Shown: piece after piece, positions 1 through 11,059 of the stretch
Position numbering within the stretch: position 1 is the stretch's first letter
How the letters are laid out: the number at the start of each line of letters is the position of its first letter
NCBI GenBank assembly: GCA_040357565.1
Contig: JBDODJ010000036.1
Reading direction: 5' to 3' (one strand)
Source of the DNA: Cercozoa sp. M6MM
Lineage: Eukaryota; Protista; Endomyxa: Ascetosporea
Length of the DNA: 64,000 nt
The notes under the pieces: generated by a model
The model's input: only the letters and a program-made list of their open reading frames with translations
Databases searched by the model: none
What the model was told of the DNA's origin: nothing
Position numbers and translations under genes: made by a program

Positions 1-181
1 GAATTTTCCGAGAACGTATATACGTTTATAACACGTTTTACTTGTACTGGTAGCGCATTGACTCGACCGCATACTGCAGCATCGTAACTGCGCTGTGAGC
101 AGACGATCGCGAGATCAGACTACCGTATGTACATTTAGTTGACTGTAGGGTAGTATCATGAGAACGATCGGACTAATTTGA

Positions 182-2434
182 TCAAACCAGACTAGAGATC
201 GAGTAAGATTTTGATTTTTCGTGGGCAGGCGCCGATGTCGAGGCTGCAGGTGCCTGTGCACTGGAAGCGTCGTCAATGACAACGACGTCTGAGTCAGAAT
301 CGGCGTCGTCGCTGTCACTGACAAGGTTAGCAGTGCCGAGACTGGTGTCGGTGGTGATGACACTGACCGCTCGTGGCGGCGGTGGTGGTGCTTGGGACTG
401 GTCCAAGTGATCCGTGCTCGCCGAGGGAGCGACATCTGAGGGAGCGACATCTTCGGAGTCTGAGTCGGAATCGTCATGTACTTGCACGTTTGCGAAGGCG
501 TTGCTCTGTCTCTGCGATTCAGCAAGGGTTGATGACTCTCGCTTTCACCCTGTCCATCTCTGTTCCCACACACTTGTACCTTTTCGTCCTGTCCAACGAG
601 AGACTGCAACGTTGTCTCAATCTCTCGCTTCTCGCAGGGCCGAAATTCGAGCGGCGTTTCTGGTGTCTCTTGCAACAACAACTGCAGTGAAGCAAGAGTA
701 TAGGACAAGGCGGTAAGACGGCAAGAAGCAAAGTGGAAGGGGTATAAATACATATCAGACTAGATACTTGCAGTGCCTCGTCTGAAGCGGTCTCGTGCGT
801 CGCAGTACCGCCACAGGTGTCGTCGAACAGTGCCAGACGCACCGTGTAGACCAAATCCACGTGCGACAAGTGTCTAACAGTGCAGAAGATTTACAGGGTG
901 TAGGTGAGGGAGGGTAGACGGGGAGGGGGTACGGAACAGAATCGTCCAGAACACCAGACTTCGTATTGCCCGACTCAAACATGAACTCTAACATACACAA
1001 GAAGATAAATGGTGGCGGGGGGGGGGGGATAAAGCCCACCAAGGTTCTCAACGTGGAACAGAAAAACCGGTCGCACAGCGTCCTCGGACACACTTGCGTC
1101 GGTACTATCAATGTCAGTATCGACTGCGTCTGACAACTGCTTCCGCGCGGAAGTAGATGTGTCTGCGCGGAAGTGAAGCGAGCGCGTTAGTGGCACCGTC
1201 AATCTGTCGCATCGAAATCGATGGCTACCGTCATTCTGACGCTGCATAAATAACATCAGTACAGGAGAAGAAGGTAAGTAGGAGGATAAAGGAGCATGCG
1301 ACAGATAAAGAAGTAGAGTAAGGTTAGAACAGGTACAGCCAGCGACAGTTCGGTGTCTGTACCGACCACGATCCACTGCGACACACTGCGCGAATCGCGC
1401 GGAGCCTCGGTGCGCGTGCACAGTCGTGTCAGCAGTGTCCCACGGAGTGTCCAGACATCACCTGTGATCCTATTGGTGGCGCAGAGGTATACAGAAAAAC
1501 AAGGGAGCGGTAAACTGTGCTTGTACCGCTGTTTGCGCAAGGAAAGCACGCGCGAGGAGGCACGCAGCAGAGCACCAGGCGACACTGACGGTGCCTCCCT
1601 TGAGGAAGCATTAATCTACAGACACCATCTGTGGTATACAGGTTACTACAATAGTATAAATGGGATACATAAGATCAAAGGAGTAGAGGAGATACCACAT
1701 TGAGCGCTAGAATGAGCGAAGTCGACGCGAACTGAAGTTCTTGCAGCAGCGGTTCCAAGTGCGACAACAGAAACGTGCGATCACTCAGTCGGCCACGCTG
1801 TTTTGCCGCCAAGAAAACACGGGGTAAAGGGAAGGGTATTAAAGTTAAGATCGCAGAAAACGGCACTGTACCCACTTGGTGCGACACTTGTGCAGCACTG
1901 TATCTGCGCGGTCGAGCACTTCTCGCGTCTGTCGCACCACGCCATCAACGGCACTGCTCTATGGCACGCGCGGAGCGGGGGGGGGGGGGGGGGGGAAAGG
2001 GACAAAGAGAGTCAAGTGGCAAAGAGAGAAAAGATGGACACAAAAAAGGAAAACGGCTACCTTATGCAGAGCCCAGACGGTGCAGAATTCGAGTGGCTGC
2101 AGTAACGCGCCCATCTGTTGCAGCACCTGCCGCATCTTGCGCCTCACCTCACCATCAATCGCTTCCGATGGCAGCACCTCTACAAGCACCGGCACCCTAA
2201 CTCACGCAGTAGACACAAAAGCTACTCTACCAGTGAGCACCCAGCGAGAGACATCGCTCGCAGCAGCCACTGATGTTGAGAAGGAGCGAGCCTGCGCGAA
2301 GAGCGCCCTGCCCCCAAAAAAGTACAATCACACAAATCTGCAGCACTTTAGGTACACAGTTCACCAGGCGGAAGACAACATTATAAGCAGATCTGTGCAC
2401 ACCCTGCTTTTTGGGCTAGTTATGGTGGGCCACA
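182..2434 (-). CDS. Multi-exon hypothetical protein with acidic low-complexity C-terminus
   Basis: Series of GC-rich minus-strand segments bounded by GT-AG introns (e.g. VRRKMRQVLQQMGALLQPLEF, LSHLEPLLQELQF, PVFLFHVENL, EIETTLQSLV), ending in the D/S-rich ORF 182..487. No family recognised; 5' end uncertain. Confidence 0.5.
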
Positions 2435-2550
2435 TTATCAGCGCCTCGATCGTTGACCACCGCACATTGAAACGCTCCAACTGGCCAAGCGTTTTAGACT
2501 AAATGATTTGCTGCATATGTACAATCCTAGGAGGGCGAAAACGGCGAGAT

Positions 2551-3487
2551 TCAGTCTTTCTGCTGTTTCGGCCGGCGACGACGACGACGCTTGCGTTTCT
2601 TTGGCTGCTCGGGCCCAGGTGACTTGGAGGCAGCGCCAGAGTCGCTGTGTTCCTGCTGAGCAGACTGCGAGGTCCGAGAGGTTTGGGAACTTCCTGGTGT
2701 CTGTTGGGCCGGTTGGACTGACTGTATCGATCTGGTCTTGCTCCGTGATATGTTGCGTGGTGTGCCGGCTTTCTGGCGTTCGATTCGCTCGCGCGGCTTG
2801 TAGGCTGACAGCGGCAGGCCAGTCTCCTGCAACACGGCCGACGCGAAGTGTCGCGCGAATCGTTGCGACAGGAGCGAGCTGCTGGCGTGCGCGGCCACGG
2901 CACACAGGAAGCGTTTCCTCTCCTGGTCCGGGCTTACTTTGAGTACACGTTGCAGCACTACCGCAAATGAGAGAGTCGAGATAACACAAAAGCACAAACA
3001 GAGCGACAGGTAAGGTACCGTAGTTGCCGTAGCGATCGACAATGAGCGACTTGAGTAGATCCGCTTGCACCAACTTCTCGATCACTAAAGGTGTTGCGGG
3101 GTTAGAGCTTAAGAAGCAGGAGAGAGGTAGGAAGCCAACTCACTAGCACTGCGAGTGCCCGACGAGCACCGGATCAAGCACTGTTCGGCCACGTTGCTCG
3201 CGTGTCGGTCGCGACACAGCACGCCTGCGTCGGCACGCAGCAACGCCTTGGCCACACTACATTGGGGGAGGAGTAAGAGTAGAGCATAGGTGACGTGAAC
3301 AGTGTACCGATCGGCAAAGGCGGTGCCCTGCTGCAGCAGGTGCTGCAACACGTAGTTGCCGAAGGCATCGCTGGCTAGAGACGGCGCCAGTGCCACCAGC
3401 TGCGAAATCAATCGTGCGCCCGTCTCTTTCCAATCGGCATGCCTCTCGACCTGTCTCATATACGTGTAAGGTTGTGTGTGTGGTGTG

Positions 3488-3570
<83 letters not shown>

Positions 3571-5515
3571 CACAATACGACTCGCTGAACGACGCGGCAG
3601 CCAAAATCGTGCGTGCACCAGCTCTGCACACGAGGGGGGGGGGTGAGATCAACAGAACAAGGCAGTCAAACGGAACGCACGTGTGTGTCGCCCTTGACGA
3701 AGAGTTCGTCACACACGAAAGCGACGAGAGGCATCGAGCACAGTCGAAGGGCCTGAAAGATACTCTCATCTGTACCGGCACAAGGAGAGGCTACAGATAA
3801 GTCCTTGCTGTACCTGTTGAACGACGTGATGCGCATGCCGGTGCGACACAAGCGTCGGTACGCGCCCTTTCATCACCTGTCAAACACACCCAACATTGAC
3901 AGGGAGCAACAACGCTGGGGGGAGGGCTACCTCCACAATGGTGGGCTGAACATGCTCGTGTCGCAGCAGGTGCTGCAGCACGCGACATCCACAGGCGTGT
4001 CGCATCAGTGTCAGCGTCTTGGTCGCGCCAATCTTGGCCAGCACCTTGACGGCACACCTGCGTTGCACACACGAGGCAGCCCGTAAAGGTTGCAGGGGGG
4101 GGGGGTAAAGCCGAGGTTACTCATCAGTCTGCACGAGACGCTGAACCACATGGTTGCCGAACATGTCGCACGACACTTGTCGCACCTGGTGCTCCTGAAC
4201 ATGAGTGGTACAAATGCACAAACATAAATGCACACATAGCCCGTTTCAGTGTACCGACAGTGAGTCGATGATGCGCTCAATCTCCCGAGGCGATGCCTCG
4301 TCCAACAGTGCCTGCAGCAGTCGCGAGCCCTTCTGCCGCATCGCCAGTGCCGTAAACACGCTCTCGTTTGAGACTACTCTCGAGTGCAGGGGGTAAATGT
4401 ATATGAAGGGCAGGGTCTAGCACGGCTACCATCTTGCAGAGTGAGATCGGATCGATTTTCGAGTATCTTGACGTCGACCACCTGCGAGGCAGCACTGTCG
4501 TCGCCATCCTCGTCTTCAGTGTCGTTGACACACTCGACGCTTTCGCTGACTCGGTGGAACTGCGGTCGAGCGTCCATCGGTGCACTCACCGTTCGCATGT
4601 ACGTCCTAAGTACTCATAACGTAACACAAACAAGGAAAAGGAGGATGACAAGAAAAGTGCTACATGTCTGGCAGGAACGAACGCGGCCCTTCTGGTGGCG
4701 GCGACATTCTGAACGGGGAGGGGGTAAAAGAGGCCACGCGGACTACATAGAGACCAAAAGGTACAGTTCCGATAAGGCAGACAGTGTGCTTGGCGGCAGC
4801 TGCACGTGCGGGCGTGGTGCATGAGAAGGTGAGGCACCACTCGTCTGCCCAGGCGGAAAGGGCCAAGGGGTAAAACGGTATGGGTAAAACGGTATGGGCA
4901 TGGCAGGGACAGGTAGGTCGGGGTAGATTGAGCACTACCGTGCCAGCAGGTGTCATCCACGACGGTTGGAACGGCGCCTTTCGCTCTGATTGCTGCGACT
5001 GGACAGGGACCTGTCCTCACGCAAGACATACACAACATAGGACACAACATAGGGCATGTATCAGCATGGTCAAATAGTACCGTCGGAAGAAACTGCGGCA
5101 CCGACGGCGCTTCTTGCTAAGAACCAATTATTTCTTATCCTCATTTATACATGATGCGAACAGAAAATACCCGTACAGGCGACGGAGAGGGCCCGCCCAT
5201 GCCGAGGAAGTGCTGGAGACACCTTCGTTATGTCCCAACAACAACACACAGGACAAGCAGCAAAAGGCACGTTACCATGTGGCCCATCGATGGTCTCGTT
5301 CTGTTACACAACAGCGGCTATAATAAGGACGCAGCAAACAACCTCCTACAGTGCCGATCGCTTACCGGTGAGCGCCAACCGTCCGTGAGTGTGAATGTGA
5401 GGGCATCGTGCCCTGAGACGACAATAACAGCATGTATTGGCACAAGAACTGTGAAACTAGACTTGAGTTGTACCTGCAACGAGGGGTGCACGCGCACCTC
5501 TGGCCTCGACGACAT
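2551..5515 (-). CDS. Pumilio/PUF RNA-binding protein with 8 repeats
   Basis: Spliced exons give repeat signatures GSRLLQ, FGNHVVQ, CGCRVLQ, HAHHVVQ, FGCRVVQ, FGNYVLQ, HASNVAE and YGNYVLQ, the canonical Pumilio order. Basic tail KKRKRRRRRR; stop at 2551. The 5' end may extend to ~5820. Confidence 0.9.
3473..3565. repeat. Intronic (TG/CA)n microsatellite
   Basis: Direct reading. Similar tracts at 9098-9200, 9410-9510, 15426-15516, 33920-33961, 35993-36050, 36513-36545, 45515-45596, 58848-58910, 59796-59993 and 62290-62360. Confidence 0.95.
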
Positions 5516-5905
5516 GTGAGCGTTCTGTGGCTGAAACGAATGCACCGGCCGGCCGGATCACAGGAAACGAAATAATGGCGTCTGTTCGCTACCTCAATGA
5601 AGCTGACTCGCCGTCAAAGCAGCTCTACACAACGTCTGCGGCCGTGTGCACGCGTCCGAGCGTCTCGGGGCGTCGAAGAGTGCCCAAAAAAGCCAGACAC
5701 AGGAAAACCACACACCGGGCACGCACCGCTAACGACACGCCCGATGGCTTGAACGAACCTTAAACAACGCTACACGCCGCTTGGGCAGTCTGCATGCCGT
5801 GGTTTTGTGCGATCATGATTTTGACCGAGAAAATGGCACAAACATGCCTTCCTAAGAGGCTTACTAGACGCGTCTTTAGGTGCTTCGTTTGATTTACAAT
5901 TGTGT

Positions 5906-7849
5906 ATGCAAGCGAACGAGTACTGTATAAGCCAGGAGGTACGCGTAACTTGTGTCGATATGCACACGCAGGCTCACATCACAGCGTGAATGCAAAGGCA
6001 CCAGTGTACATGACGTGTCGTATGCTGTCGCAAATGCGTCCGTTTTCGCTGGCGGCAGCGTCTGGCGTGCAGCCGCTGCAGCTGCCAAAACAACAGGCAC
6101 AGGTGCAGACCTTTTGGTGTGTGCGTATGTGTGCTACTGTGTGAGATACATGCAGGCGCGCCTGTGGCAGTGGCAGCCTCGGAAGCGACGGAAACTGAAC
6201 AGCCCTGGTGTCTTACGATGTTTGAGTCGTGCTTGCACCATCGTTGCACGTGTGTGAATGTGCAGTGGTGGTACACAAGGTGTCAGTCTGTGGAGTCGTC
6301 GTGTCCAGTTCGCAGAAACCCAAGTAAGCGCGTACTCAGCCTGTGTGCCAGTGTGCGTGCCACATATATTGAGCGATGCTACAGATACGACGATATGGTA
6401 CTAGATGACGGCACGGCACAGATTCGGTGCATTCGCTGGAAGGCACAAAAGGACGGTACCGTGTATAAATATATATATATATATATATATACCATACATA
6501 CTTACATACATACATTGGGTTTGGAACAGATTACTCTCAAGAGTGGCCACTTATTGGACACGCTGTGCGAACAGAGGGCGTGTTGCAGAGCTATGTGCAC
6601 TGCACGCAAGTCGTCGTGCAGCACTACGGTAGTTTTGCCTGAGCGTATATATCTACCTATCTATATACATATATATATATATATATATTTATCAGTATTG
6701 TATGTTTAGTACGGGTGGACGCGACAGCTGAAGCACACCACGCGGCAAAGGCAGCCTTGTTGGCACTCAAGCTGTGTCCTCATGGTACTACACTTGTGTA
6801 TACCCCATTGCATACTCTACGCTGACAAATGTGCATAGACAAAGAGGACACTGACTTTAGGCCTAGTGCCTCGCTGCCTGATCCCTTCTTCTCGCAGGTA
6901 CAAAAGACTGTGGTGATCAGTGGATAGAGAGAGAGAGAGAGAGATGTGGGAGTGGAGTCGACACATGACGGTTCTGTAGTTGGACGAGCAGTCCTTCGCG
7001 TCCATGGCACTCGATGTGTCCATGTGCTCGCCTGTCGATCGCTGTCTCTTTGGCTTCTCGGAGGTACGTCGAGACCCTTGTTTATTTTGATTTGTTCTGT
7101 CCATACCCCCGCGCCTCACAGACCTCGGTAGAAGCAGCGATACTGGGCGTGCTGCGACAGAAGGCAGACACGTCACCGGCCACACCCTTCGATCAGCTGT
7201 GCCGACACGACGACGTTCGCAGCGCTGTCGTGCGAAACCATACATCACGCACACAGTGTACATCATGCCCTGTGTTACACTGGCTACAACCTTCTGTACA
7301 TATGGACGGTACGTACGGATTTACATCTGAACGGTACTGTAGCCCAACTGACGGACCGTCTCCTGCGCATGTTTGCGCAGCACGCACTTGTTCGACTCTG
7401 TGGTCGGTACCCCTGTTACGGCGACATTTTAGATTTTTTGATGTGCTGTGTTGGCACTCGCAGCGGTGCCGTCAGGTGCGTGAGTGCTTCGGACGATACC
7501 TATGCACCGTTGAAAGTCTCCGACGTGGCTCATGTTCTTTTGGAGGTGTGCTTCCTGCCTGTTTAATGTGCTTGCATGTTGGGTTGGTACCCACCCCCTA
7601 TGGTCAGAGAGCGAAACTGCTGGCACCTGCGCCGTGCTCGATCGAAGTGTTTCGCGAGTGTGTACTGAGGCACTTTCCTGCTGTCAGCACGCGCACGTTC
7701 CACCACGCCATCCGTGCCCTCATGTACCCTTGTCTTTGTCGCCCTTCTCCGCACTGTTACGCAAGCTAACTTGCAGTGCCGAGAAACAGTTGCGGACGGA
7801 AAAGCGGCGCGGCCGGACGCTCTTTGTACTCGAAAAACCAGCGTCGTGA
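5906..7849 (+). CDS. STN1: STN1-like CST complex subunit (RPA32-type OB fold plus C-terminal winged-helix-like region)
   Basis: Spliced OB-fold motifs KVSVCGVVVS, MVLDDGTAQIRCIRW, IGHAVRTEGVLQSY..QVVV, then DATAEAHH (cf. STN1 DPNxExxH), then helical C-terminal exons. Stop at 7849; start approximate. Confidence 0.7.
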
Positions 7850-7895
7850 CTTAAACCAACAATTAGTGTTTTGTTGCCTCAACTTCTTGTCTAAA

Positions 7896-9096
7896 ATGCT
7901 TAAAAACGTGAACGTGGGCGTGCTGGGCCACGTGGATGCCGGGAAAACCGCTCTATGTCGCATTCTAGTGCAGCACGCTGGTGCGTTTTCGCTCTTGGGA
8001 CGAGAAAAATCGCAAGAGTTCTTTTCGACTTGTGTTTGCATTCCCTGCGCAGAGGCAGGCGTGAAAAGCACTGCTGCCGACGATAAAAGTCGCCAAAGTC
8101 GAGAGAGAGGAATCACTCTGGACCTGGGCTTTTCCAGTTTCCGCGTGAATCGAGAGGACGATGACTTCCAAGTGACGTTGGTTGACTGGTGCGTTTCGTT
8201 AGCTTCAAAAAGGAGCACAGTTTGGGAAAGTGTCAGTGTGTCTGAGTAGTCCGGGACATGCGCGTTTGTTGCGAACGGTGCTGTGCGGTGCGCGCATCAT
8301 TGATGTGGCCGCACTGGTGGTTGATGCTGCCGAAGGCATCCAACCGCAGACGGTGGAGTGGTACCCACATGCACTGACATGCCAGATGTCTGCACCTCTC
8401 AAGTGTACAGTATGGTGTTGGCCTCGTTGCTCAAAAAACCGCTGCTGATCGTACTGTCCAAGTGCGACAAGGTCGACAAGAAACGCGCCAGCGTTGTCTC
8501 TCGTAAGGTAGGCGTGCGCTTGCCTGTCTGTGCTGGGAGCAAACTTCAGGTATTGTACAACAGGTGAAACGCCAGTTGCGGGAGCTCGGCTTGCAAACAA
8601 AGCCAATGGTGGTTGCCACGTCCACCGTTTCTGACGAGGTAAGCATCTTGTCGACCTATACATGTGTTTTATTCCAACGCACTATCATACAGTGGGCGCG
8701 TGACTCTGCACTGCGCGTGGTGGAAGCAGTGGCACAGCTGGCACATGCGCACACACGTGCCAATCCAACAGACCAGTGTGATCGTGACGGTGCAGATGAT
8801 ACGGTTGTGGCTGTTGATCACGTCTTCGCCGTCTCTGGACGCCAAGGTGTGCTTACATGTTACTGTCTTGTCGTACGTGTGTCAATGGTAGTTGAGTGCT
8901 TGTGTAGGTGTAGTGGCCACTGGAACAGTTTTGTCGGGCCGTGTTTTGGTTGGTACTTTACTGTTGTCTCAGCTGAGTTTAGTTTCCGTGTGCGCTTAAA
9001 CACTGTCTGCAGGTGACACCATGCATGTGCCAAGTGCGTACAGGGTGACGCATGAGGACACACACGAGGTAGAGAAGTTCGTGTGGTTCTTGTTGT

Positions 9097-9144
<48 letters not shown>

Positions 9145-9154
9145 NNNNNNNNNN

Positions 9155-9205
<51 letters not shown>

Positions 9206-9457
9206 CCAGATCGACGCGGTGACGACAAACGATGCTTTCACTGTGCAGTCGCTACAGAGTTTCCGGTTTACAGATTTTCTGTTTGAGGCGCATGCACCTG
9301 TTCTTCTTTGTATCATGCGTGTTTCGTAGCAATGCGGTCGAGAGTGCCGACGCCGGTGACCGTGTCGCCATGCAGCTTACTCTCGTACCCCAGGCTACGC
9401 CCCGTGTGCACGTGTGTGCGCGTGTGTGCGTGTGTGTTGTGTGTGTCTGGTGTGTCT

Positions 9458-9501
<44 letters not shown>

Positions 9502-10720
9502 GGTGTGTGTCTGTGTTACGCACTCTGATATTCAGTCACGCCAGTCGGACAAGGAGTCACTGAGTCGTCTGTTGTCGCACGATCGCGTGTTGCTCGGGGT
9601 GTAGGTTTGTACCTCTGCAAAGGAACAAGAGACAGACTATCTGTCTTTTTACGGGTTTAATACAGAAGCGAATCTGCCGTGACTTACGTACAGCACGTGG
9701 TTGCGAGTGTTGTACCTGTCGTGACTTGCACTCGACCCAGTACTTGACTCAGCTTGACTGTAATTTATCCTGGCGTTGGATTGTATGCTGTAGTCGCGTC
9801 GGGTACGAGCTGGCATGTCAACATCGGCAGCGACACTGTGATGGCCACGTGTCATTTCTTTCGTGAACCTGCATCGAGCACATATCGTGGCGGCGTCTTC
9901 GACCACGCATGCGACTACGTGCATCTAGATGAACTGCCCAGTCACACAGATGACAATGAGACTAGTGCACTGTGCTACCTTATTTTTGATCGACCCGTTG
10001 CAGTGGTACCTTTGGTTGTCCCTTCGCTCCAATCTTCGGTGTGCTTTTCCTTGTATTTCGATTTGTATGCGAGATAGTCACGCCAGAATCCAGGAATGCT
10101 AGTAGCGGCGGCATTGCAGCAGCAGCAGCACCGCGAGTGCCGACTCGTCTTCCGAGGCACTGTGCGCGCGTTGCGCGCAAAGCCGCGTCGCATGCGTCAA
10201 AAACTCCGCTTTGGGGTATGTCACTTTGAATGTGTGTGTGTGTGAGTGTACATCCATGATTCTGTGTAGTCAGTGGAGCGGTGCAAGGATTGCGAACTCA
10301 TTGTCATTGGTCTCTTTGACAAGGGTATGCTGGGTTTCTAGTGTAGTGTGTGAGTTAATTGAATGTTTACGCATATGTGCTTTACTGTCATGCACAGGGG
10401 CCAAAACCGACAGATTCAACGGATTGAGAGTTGCGCTTTTCCAAGAGGAGCCATCCCGGTACGCCGAAACGCCGGCTCTCGTGTTCGACAGGTGGTTTTT
10501 TTGAGAGTCTTTTGTTGGGATTGACATTTTGGTGTGCTGCTCCAACCTGAGCAGTGCCGACGCCGTGGGTGTCATCACCGGTGCCTTTGGCAAGAAAGGC
10601 AAGATTCGAATCAGGATTGAGACTGTTCACAACGAGAGCGTCGAGGACTGGACACGCGCGCATGTGGCTTTGCCGCTGAAGAAGTATGTCGGTGGCGACA
10701 GGAAAGCCTTGCTTCAGTGA
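7896..10720 (+). CDS. EEFSEC: Selenocysteine-specific elongation factor eEFSec (eukaryotic SelB)
   Basis: NVNVGVLGHVDAGKT (G1), QSRERGITLDLGFSSF (G2), TLVDCPGHA (G3, across an intron), GARIIDVAALVVDAAEGIQPQTVEC, domain II DHVF..GTVLSG and AGDRVAM, and C-terminal GVITGAFGKKGKIRI typical of eEFSec domain IV. Confidence 0.92.
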
Positions 10721-11059
10721 TCCCTTCGATTTCCACCTAGCGTAGTCATGGCACGTCATCCATCACGTATTCATATTCCGTACCGAACGTGCTCGGCAAA
10801 ATGGCGAAGTTACCGTAGTCTGTCATGAGCACCGGCAGTTTCCCGTCCGGCCGCCTTTGATCGATGGATCGTAAGCGAAGGTAAACTCGAGTTGGCATCC
10901 AGCGTGCCTCGACTGCACAGTATCCTTTGCCCAGTCGGGGACTCTAGATTACTCCTGTAGATCTGGCCAGCCGAGTCAGAAATTGCCGTCCGCGCGGATC
11001 TTCCAAGAAGTCATCAACAGGTTTCGGGGTGGTTTTTTAAAATTTTGCAAACTGCTCAG

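Noticed and set aside
3109-3800. ORFs with HTHTHT/CVCVCV/YIYIYI runs throughout the ORF track
   Set aside because: They are translations of intronic microsatellites, not proteins.
2551-4400. Possible altered RNA-recognition code in the PUF protein
   Set aside because: After correct splicing, repeat 5 is canonical (GCRVVQ). Only repeat 4 has His for Asn, so the predicted target is the ordinary UGUA-type element.
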